Source: an uncultured Dysgonomonadaceae bacterium (lineage in GTDB: Bacteria > Bacteroidota > Bacteroidia > Bacteroidales > Dysgonomonadaceae). From it: a stretch of 57,539 bases of DNA. The notes under the pieces are model-generated. The model was not told the DNA's origin. It worked only from the letters and a program-made list of their open reading frames with translations, and ran no database searches. Location: NCBI GenBank assembly GCA_964444915.1, contig CAYUIY010000001.1, forward strand, positions 1 to 57,539, written 5' to 3'. A program made the position numbers and the translations under genes. Of the stretch, positions 50,988-57,539 are shown piece after piece. Every line of letters starts with the position of its first letter. Positions within the stretch are counted from its first letter, which is position 1.

Positions 50988-51938
50988 ATGAAAGTTTCAG
51001 AACGAATACGAACAGCAACAAAAACCGCTTTTTCCTTTGAGTTATTACCTCCTCTTAAAGGAAACGGCATTTATCAGGTTTTTGATACAATAGATAAGTT
51101 GAAAGAGTTTGATCCGAAATACATTAATATCACAACTCATCATAGTGAAACGGTCTATAAAGAAGATGAAAACGGTGTAATTCGCAAAGTAAATATTCGT
51201 CGACGGCCGGGGACAGTAGCTCTTGCTGCAGCCATTCAAAACAGATATGGCATTACAGCTGTTCCTCATATTATTTGTAAAGGTTTTTCGAAACAGGAGA
51301 CAGAGTATGCTTTGATTGATCTCATGTTTCTTGGAATCAACAATCTGTTGCTTCTACGGGGAGATGCTAACAAGTTGGATGAAGAACAGAAAAAAATGGA
51401 TAGCCACGATCATGCAACCGATTTACAGGAACAGGTAAATAATTTTAATAAGGGAATAGCGCTAGATGGTAGCAGATTTACTCCACCGGAAGAACCTTTT
51501 TCTTATGGAATGGCTTGTTATCCGGAAAAACATGCCGAATCGCCTAATATGGAATCGGAAATTTTTTATACAAAAATGAAGGTTGATAATGGAGCAGAAT
51601 ATTTGGTAACCCAAATGTTTTTCGATAATCGAAAATATTTCGATTTTGTCGATCGTTGTCGCGCTGAAGGAATTCTTGTGCCCATTATTCCCGGTATAAA
51701 ACCCATCCACCTAAAAAATCAGTTGACAGTTTTACCTAAAGTTTTTGGAACAAATATTCCGGAAGATTTGGCAAAAGAATTGCGAAAATGTAAAAACGAT
51801 GAAGATGCCAAAGAAGTGGGGATAGAATGGTGTATAACACAATGTAAGGAACTTATGCAACATAATGTGCCTAGTATTCATTTTTATTCTTTTATGGCAA
51901 CAGACAGTGTTTACCAAGTTGCAAAAGAAATTTATTAG
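50988..51938 (+). CDS. metF: Methylenetetrahydrofolate reductase
   Basis: SFELLPP, LRGD, YPEKH, TQMFFD and HFY motifs. Confidence 0.95.
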   Translation: MKVSERIRTATKTAFSFELLPPLKGNGIYQVFDTIDKLKEFDPKYINITTHHSETVYKEDENGVIRKVNIRRRPGTVALAAAIQNRYGITAVPHIICKGFSKQETEYALIDLMFLGINNLLLLRGDANKLDEEQKKMDSHDHATDLQEQVNNFNKGIALDGSRFTPPEEPFSYGMACYPEKHAESPNMESEIFYTKMKVDNGAEYLVTQMFFDNRKYFDFVDRCRAEGILVPIIPGIKPIHLKNQLTVLPKVFGTNIPEDLAKELRKCKNDEDAKEVGIEWCITQCKELMQHNVPSIHFYSFMATDSVYQVAKEIY

Positions 51939-51999
51939 ATAGTTTTTTTGAAAAAAGATAGAAGGGCGAAGTATCTTTTTTTATAAATTGGAAGAGCAA

Positions 52000-53109
52000 A
52001 TGTATTTTAAAGATATTATTGGGTTACGAGATATAAAAAAGCATCTTATCGAATCTGTACAAATGGGATTTGTTCCTCATGCTCGTTTGCTCTATGGGCC
52101 TGAGGGAGTAGGTAAATTACCTCTTGCTATTGCGTATGCAAGGTATCTCAATTGTTTGAATCCTCGGTTGGATGATGCGTGCGGTGAATGCCCATCGTGT
52201 CTTAAATTCAATAAATTAGCCCATCCCGATTTGCATTTTGCTTTTCCTGTTATTAAATCCAAAGTTTCTGACGAATATTTGCCACAATGGCGTGATTTTC
52301 TTTCTCAAAACACCTATTTCAACCTCAACGATTGGCTCAATTTTATTGATGCACAAAATGCCCAAGGAATTATTTATGCTAAGGAAAGTGACGAGATTAT
52401 TCGAAAACTTAGTTTAAAAGTTTACGAGGCAAAATACCGTATTATGATTGTATGGCTGCCTGAAAAAATGCATGAGGCGTGTGCAAATAAACTTTTAAAG
52501 ATGATTGAAGAACCCCCTGCAAACACTATATTTCTTCTGGTTTCTGAAGAACCCGATGAAGTATTACCAACCATTCAGTCACGCTGTCAACCCCTTCATA
52601 TTAGGGCAATTGAAGAAAATGAAATGGTAAATGTAATCGAATCAAAATATAGTTTTTCAAAAAAAGATGCTTCATCCGTGGCTCATGTTGCCAATGGCAG
52701 TTTCACTAAAGCTATTAAGATTATTGAATCGACAGATGAAACTCGGTATTTTTTTGATTTATTTAAAAGAATGATGCGGGCATCTGTTTCACGAAAGATT
52801 AGGAATATTAAAACAATAGCCAACGAAATAGCTGGTATAGGTCGAGAGATGCAAAAGAGTTATCTTTTGTATTGTTTGCGAATGTTTCGCGAATATTTTA
52901 TGAATAACCTGCATGAACCCCAAATGGTGTATCTAAACAGTGAAGAAGCTGATTTTGGTATTCGTTTCTCGCCTTTTATTAATGAACGAAATGTAGAAAA
53001 ACTTAACGATGAGTTTTCCATTGCTTATCGGCAAATTGAACAGAATGGTAATGCAAAGATTATTTTCCTTGATCTTTGTTTAAAAGTTACCGTTTTATTA
53101 TTAAAATAA
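52000..53109 (+). CDS. holB: DNA polymerase III delta-prime subunit; start moved to the ATG
   Basis: GPEGVGK, zinc motif CGECPSC, HPD, NKLLKMIEEP, TIQSRC. Confidence 0.92.
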   Translation: MYFKDIIGLRDIKKHLIESVQMGFVPHARLLYGPEGVGKLPLAIAYARYLNCLNPRLDDACGECPSCLKFNKLAHPDLHFAFPVIKSKVSDEYLPQWRDFLSQNTYFNLNDWLNFIDAQNAQGIIYAKESDEIIRKLSLKVYEAKYRIMIVWLPEKMHEACANKLLKMIEEPPANTIFLLVSEEPDEVLPTIQSRCQPLHIRAIEENEMVNVIESKYSFSKKDASSVAHVANGSFTKAIKIIESTDETRYFFDLFKRMMRASVSRKIRNIKTIANEIAGIGREMQKSYLLYCLRMFREYFMNNLHEPQMVYLNSEEADFGIRFSPFINERNVEKLNDEFSIAYRQIEQNGNAKIIFLDLCLKVTVLLLK

Positions 53110-53184
53110 TTTTTGTAATTTGTTTCGAATTACAAATTAACAAGTTGAATCAATATAAATCTCGAAAAATAGTATCTATTTTGT

Positions 53185-54411
53185 ATGGAAAATAAAGATA
53201 AATCAATATATGACGATTTTTCGGACACATCATCTGAAGAATCGTTCTCTATAAAAAATATGAAATGTTGTCACGGTTGTACTCCTCATATCAATAAATT
53301 ACATACTTACGATTGGCTGCATAATTATCCCGAAATGCAATCAGTTACTAAGATGGTCGAAGTGCAATTTAAAAATACACGAAAAGGGTATTATATTAAT
53401 AGCAACAATATCGATTTGAATATAGGCGATATAGTGGCTGTAGAAGCTAATCCCGGACACGACATTGGAACAGTTTCGTTAACAGGTAAGTTAGTGGAAC
53501 TACAAATGAAAAAAAATAATTTTCGTGAAGAAAATAACGGTGGTTTAAAACGAGTATACCGTATTGCGAGACCCACGGATTTGGAGAAATACAATCAGGC
53601 AAAAGCAAGAGAGTATCCAACCATGATTCGTTCCCGTCAAATAGCCGAAGATTTGGGTTTAGAAATGAAAATAGGCGATGTGGAGTATCAGGGCGACGGG
53701 AGTAAAGCTATTTTTTATTATATCGCTGATGAACGAGTAGATTTTCGTCAGTTGATTAAAGTTTTAGCAGCCGAATTCAAGGTGAAAATCGAAATGAAAC
53801 AAATTGGAGCACGGCAGGAGGCAGGGCGAATCGGAGGAATTGGTCCTTGTGGACGTGAATTGTGCTGCAGTAGTTGGATGACAAATTTTGTGTCGGTTTC
53901 CACATCTTGTGCTCGTTGTCAAGATCTTTCTATTAATCCTCAAAAATTAGCGGGTCAGTGTGGAAAACTAAAATGTTGTCTCAATTACGAAGTTGATGCT
54001 TATGTAGAGGCACAAAAAAATCTGCCTTCAACCGAAATTGTTCTTCAAACTAAAGACGCCGATTATTATCATGTAAAAACTGATATTTTTTTAGGCCAAT
54101 TGACTTATGCTATTGATAAAGATAACCCTATTAATTCGGTTACCCTATCTAAAGAACGGGTTTTTGAAATTATCAATATGAATAAAAAAGGGGAAAAACC
54201 ATTAAAATTGGAATTGGATGACGTGGCCGGTACTCAAAAAGATACTCTTTACATAAATGATTTATTGAAAGATCAGAATATCAATCGTTTCGATAAAGAA
54301 AGTACGGATTCTACTGTCAAAAAGAAGAAAAAAAAGAAAAAACGGAAACCATTTAAAAAATCCAACAAGTCAAAGACGAAAAATTCGTCGAATAATTCCG
54401 ATAATAGATGA
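53185..54411 (+). CDS. ricT: PSP1/RicT (YaaT) family Fe-S protein
   Basis: RVDFRQL, RQEAGRIGGIGPCGRELCC and GQCGKLKCCLNYE motifs. Confidence 0.92.
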   Translation: MENKDKSIYDDFSDTSSEESFSIKNMKCCHGCTPHINKLHTYDWLHNYPEMQSVTKMVEVQFKNTRKGYYINSNNIDLNIGDIVAVEANPGHDIGTVSLTGKLVELQMKKNNFREENNGGLKRVYRIARPTDLEKYNQAKAREYPTMIRSRQIAEDLGLEMKIGDVEYQGDGSKAIFYYIADERVDFRQLIKVLAAEFKVKIEMKQIGARQEAGRIGGIGPCGRELCCSSWMTNFVSVSTSCARCQDLSINPQKLAGQCGKLKCCLNYEVDAYVEAQKNLPSTEIVLQTKDADYYHVKTDIFLGQLTYAIDKDNPINSVTLSKERVFEIINMNKKGEKPLKLELDDVAGTQKDTLYINDLLKDQNINRFDKESTDSTVKKKKKKKKRKPFKKSNKSKTKNSSNNSDNR

Positions 54412-54887
54412 ATAGTAGAGTATTACTTTTGTTGAATTGTTTAGTCTTATTGTTTTCTTGTGGCGAAAGTGAAGAGTATTACGCATTTAAATACATTTCG
54501 GATGGACGATGGTCAAAAGATAGCGTTTTATGCTTACAATTTGATTCTCTTCGGTTAAATTCATCCGATGTATATCATGTTGATATTGAGATTATACATA
54601 ACAAAAGTTATCCTTATCAAGATTTATGGCTTTTGATTGGAAACAATCTGCAAGATTCTATTTTGCAATATGATACTTTAAAATGTTTGGTTAACGATCA
54701 ATATGGCAGATGGTTAGGTTCAGGAGGAAGTGGTTTGCATCAAGTTTCCGTATCTTATAAGAAAAATATAAGCGTACAAGATTCAGTAAAAAATTATTGT
54801 TTTTTTATTCGTCAGTTTATGAGGGATGATCCTTTACTTGGAGTGGAAAAAATAGGTGTAAAAATGTATAAAGCAACGGATTTTTGA
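54408..54887 (+). CDS. gldH: Gliding motility lipoprotein GldH family
   Basis: Lipobox LFSC; YPYQDLWL, GRWLGSG and QFMRD..L.GV..IG motifs; follows ricT. Confidence 0.85.
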   Translation: MNSRVLLLLNCLVLLFSCGESEEYYAFKYISDGRWSKDSVLCLQFDSLRLNSSDVYHVDIEIIHNKSYPYQDLWLLIGNNLQDSILQYDTLKCLVNDQYGRWLGSGGSGLHQVSVSYKKNISVQDSVKNYCFFIRQFMRDDPLLGVEKIGVKMYKATDF

Positions 54888-54911
54888 TTGAATTCTTGAG
54901 TTTTCTAAAGT

Positions 54912-54950
54912 TAACAAAAAAAGGGTGCTACATGAGCACCTTTTTTGTTA
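54912..54950. terminator. Bidirectional terminator between gldH and the GH57 gene
   Basis: taacaaaaaaagggtgct/agcaccttttttgtta. Confidence 0.85.
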
Positions 54951-54965
54951 AAAGTAGGGAGATTG

Positions 54966-56297
54966 TTATTTCACTTCTTCTTTTTTCTTGACGAATTTCT
55001 CTATATTAGCTTCCTTGATGCTTTTTAGTTCGGCTTCTAATTTTTTAATTTTCTTTTCTTGATTACGGATAATAGTAAGCAATGAACTAAGTTCTTCGTT
55101 ATCCACAGTATCGGGATATTGCGCTTTAACACGACCAATAAAATCGCTTAAAACATTCATGTAATTATTAAAGGCATCGTATGGAGATGGGTAGGGACTG
55201 AACAGATTGTAACTTCCTTCTTTTGAAAAATGTTTTGTAGACATATAATAAAAGTGGTCGCTAGTTTGTAAATAGAGCCAGTCTTGTTTCAATCGTCGGT
55301 CATCACAAAGGCGTACGCGTTCGCTGATGCTATAAAGTGTATTAAAAGCGCTACGTTGCAAGGTATTACCTAACCAGGCGCTTAAATCGCGCTCTTCGTC
55401 TGACCAAGAAATGGGTTCCGGTACTGATATGGAGCCAATAGGTTTGTAATTATCAAGTATTTCGCTTGGTGTAGCAAATTCAATGTTATTTTTAAATGCG
55501 AAACGAGGCAGGGCTTTCATGAATTCGAATATACCTGTATATGAAGGCTGAAGATTTCCAAATGTTTCGTAATTCATAAAAAGGTTGATAACCTCTTCCT
55601 CAGGAGGAGTTGCTGCTATCCAATTGATGAATTTTTCTGCTGTAAGAGGGTATTCTCTCCATGTATAATCGGAAAAACGAAAAGCAATATTTTCGGTGAG
55701 TCCTGAGTTTCTAAGAAGTAATTTTACATTAGGTTGTGTTTCGGAGAGGTAAACATAGTTAGGGCTTTTCCAGCCTAACACATGTTTTGCTCCTTCAGTA
55801 ATCATTTTTTGATACCCCATCTCATAAACCATTTCAGATATTTTATCGGAATAGATAAGTTCAGTATTCCGGAATACTGTAGGTTCCTGATTAAATAGCA
55901 GTTTTATTTTTTCTGCATGTTGTTTTACCTGTGTTTTAAATTCGATCGGATCAGACAACGAGGCTAAAGAATGGGCGTATGTTTCGGAAAGAAATTCCAC
56001 ATTTCCTGTTTTGCTCAATTCCATAAGACCATCAATTACCTCCGGTGCATAGATTTCAAGTTGATCTAAAGCTACTCCGGAAATAGAAAAGGCAATTTTA
56101 AACTTTCCCTTGTAGAGATTGATAAGATCCAAAAACATACGATTGGCAGGTAAAAAAGATTTATCTGCAATTTGTTGTAGAATGCTTTCGTTGGAGTAAT
56201 CGTCGTAATAGTAATGATCTTTTCCGATATTGAAAAACCGGTATCTTTTTAGCCGAAAAGGCTGATGAATCTGGAAATAAAAACAAATTTTTTTCAT
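54966..56297 (-). CDS. Glycoside hydrolase family 57 (alpha-amylase-like)
   Basis: HQPFRL, ETYAHS, FRNTEL, YETFG and SDHFYYM motifs. Confidence 0.93.
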   Translation of the reverse strand: MKKICFYFQIHQPFRLKRYRFFNIGKDHYYYDDYSNESILQQIADKSFLPANRMFLDLINLYKGKFKIAFSISGVALDQLEIYAPEVIDGLMELSKTGNVEFLSETYAHSLASLSDPIEFKTQVKQHAEKIKLLFNQEPTVFRNTELIYSDKISEMVYEMGYQKMITEGAKHVLGWKSPNYVYLSETQPNVKLLLRNSGLTENIAFRFSDYTWREYPLTAEKFINWIAATPPEEEVINLFMNYETFGNLQPSYTGIFEFMKALPRFAFKNNIEFATPSEILDNYKPIGSISVPEPISWSDEERDLSAWLGNTLQRSAFNTLYSISERVRLCDDRRLKQDWLYLQTSDHFYYMSTKHFSKEGSYNLFSPYPSPYDAFNNYMNVLSDFIGRVKAQYPDTVDNEELSSLLTIIRNQEKKIKKLEAELKSIKEANIEKFVKKKEEVK

Positions 56298-56322
56298 ACA
56301 AACTTTTTTGTTTTTTGATTAG

Positions 56323-57539
56323 TTATTTATAAACGAGACGATTATAGATGTCGCGTACTTTTTGAGCTGCATATTCCCACTTAATGTTGTTCACTTCTTT
56401 TTTTCCTTCTTCTTTAAGAAATTTGGATATTCCGGGATACGTGCAAAGAGAATAAATTGAATCGGCTATGGCGTCTACATCCCAGTAATCGGTTTTGATA
56501 ACATAATTCAGAATTTCAGAGCAACCCGATTGATAGGAAATAATGCAAGGAACTCCACATTGCATGGCTTCGAGAGGTGAAATTCCGAAAGGTTCTGAGA
56601 CAGAAGGCATGACATACACATCACTCGATTTAAACATTTCATATACTTGCCTTCCACGAAGAAATCCTGTAAAATGAAATCTGTCGGCTATCCCTCTATC
56701 GGCTACCATATGAATCATTTGGTTCAACATATCGCCGCTACCTGCCATTACAAAACGGATATGTTTTGTTTTTCTAAGTACTTGTGTGGCTGCTTCTACA
56801 AAAAACTCAGGACCCTTTTGCATTGTTATACGGCCGAGAAAAGTTACAATCTTTTCAGGAACACCGGCCAATCGTTCAATAGTTTCAATTTCGGGATTCA
56901 ATGGTTCTACTGCATTGTGAACGGTTACTACTTTATCTTCGGGTTGATGATAATTTTCAATTACAATTTTGCGTGTCAAATTGCTTACGCAAATAATTTT
57001 GTCGCAATGATCCATCCCATCTTTTTCGATGCCGTAAACCATTGGATTTGGTTTTCCTCGACTTCGATCAAATTCGGTTGCATGAACGTGAATGACAAGA
57101 GGCTTACCCGAAACACTTTTTGCATGTAGCCCTGCGGGATAAGTAACCCAATCGTGTGCATGAATAATATCAAAATTGCAGGCACGAGCAATTACTCTGG
57201 CTACGATGGAATAATTGTTGATTTCTTCCAAAATATTGGAAGGATAACGTCCTGAAAATTCAATACATCCCAAATCGTTGGTATATATATAGCTAAAATC
57301 GGCATAAATATGATCGCGTAGACGATAATATTCCTGTGGATCCATAAATTTACCCAAACGTTCTTTTACTGTTTCCCACGGAACATCGCGCCATACAATA
57401 GGAGTGTTGTTTGCTCCGATTATTTTTAGGAAGCTCTGATCTTCGTCACCCCAAGCTTTGGGTATTACAAAGGTAATCTCCATGTCCGGCTGCATGGAAA
57501 GACCTTTGGTTAATCCATAACTAGCGGTTCCTAGTCCAC
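56323..57539 (-). CDS. Glycosyltransferase family 4 (glycogen synthase-like), 5' end outside the window
   Basis: Frame stays open to the window edge (..GLGTASYGLTKGLSMQP..); HAHDW, GRITMQKG and SEPFGISPLEA motifs. Confidence 0.92.
   Translation of the reverse strand, partial: GLGTASYGLTKGLSMQPDMEITFVIPKAWGDEDQSFLKIIGANNTPIVWRDVPWETVKERLGKFMDPQEYYRLRDHIYADFSYIYTNDLGCIEFSGRYPSNILEEINNYSIVARVIARACNFDIIHAHDWVTYPAGLHAKSVSGKPLVIHVHATEFDRSRGKPNPMVYGIEKDGMDHCDKIICVSNLTRKIVIENYHQPEDKVVTVHNAVEPLNPEIETIERLAGVPEKIVTFLGRITMQKGPEFFVEAATQVLRKTKHIRFVMAGSGDMLNQMIHMVADRGIADRFHFTGFLRGRQVYEMFKSSDVYVMPSVSEPFGISPLEAMQCGVPCIISYQSGCSEILNYVIKTDYWDVDAIADSIYSLCTYPGISKFLKEEGKKEVNNIKWEYAAQKVRDIYNRLVYK

Noticed and set aside
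54319-54345. A-rich poly-Lys tract in ricT (and the poly-Glu tract in the DUF349 gene) as phase-variation sites
   Set aside because: The runs are interrupted by G and the frames are intact; low-complexity tails are typical of these families.

Overview
AT-rich chromosomal segment from an anaerobic Bacteroidales bacterium, probably Dysgonomonadaceae/Porphyromonadaceae-like. The assignment rests on TAnnTTTG -7 promoters, the GNDNYALAA tmRNA tag, and gldH, DUF349 and DUF4290 genes. It is almost entirely core genome: tRNA-Gln, tyrS, trkH, pdxB, nfnAB, tmRNA, an ECF sigma/anti-sigma cassette, rel, miaB, a CoA transferase, metY, a membrane PPase, mdh, era-der, purH-mreBCD-mrdA-rodA, rimM-dxr-rseP-metF-holB-ricT-gldH and part of the glycogen GT4/GH57 operon. 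I see no transposase, integrase, phage, cas or defence gene. The unexplained signals are non-coding. (1) A ~370 bp array of about nine degenerate 41-bp units in exact phase, with internal dyad symmetry, sits between the terminators of hppA and mdh. (2) A ~75-nt sRNA candidate with its own promoter and terminator is antisense to a generic Bacteroidetes start-codon region. (3) A 26-bp direct repeat brackets tyrS. (4) The tmRNA 3' end is duplicated, like an att scar. In addition, murA is missing from its usual position between DUF4290 and rimM. All family calls come from my own motif recognition, not from database searches.
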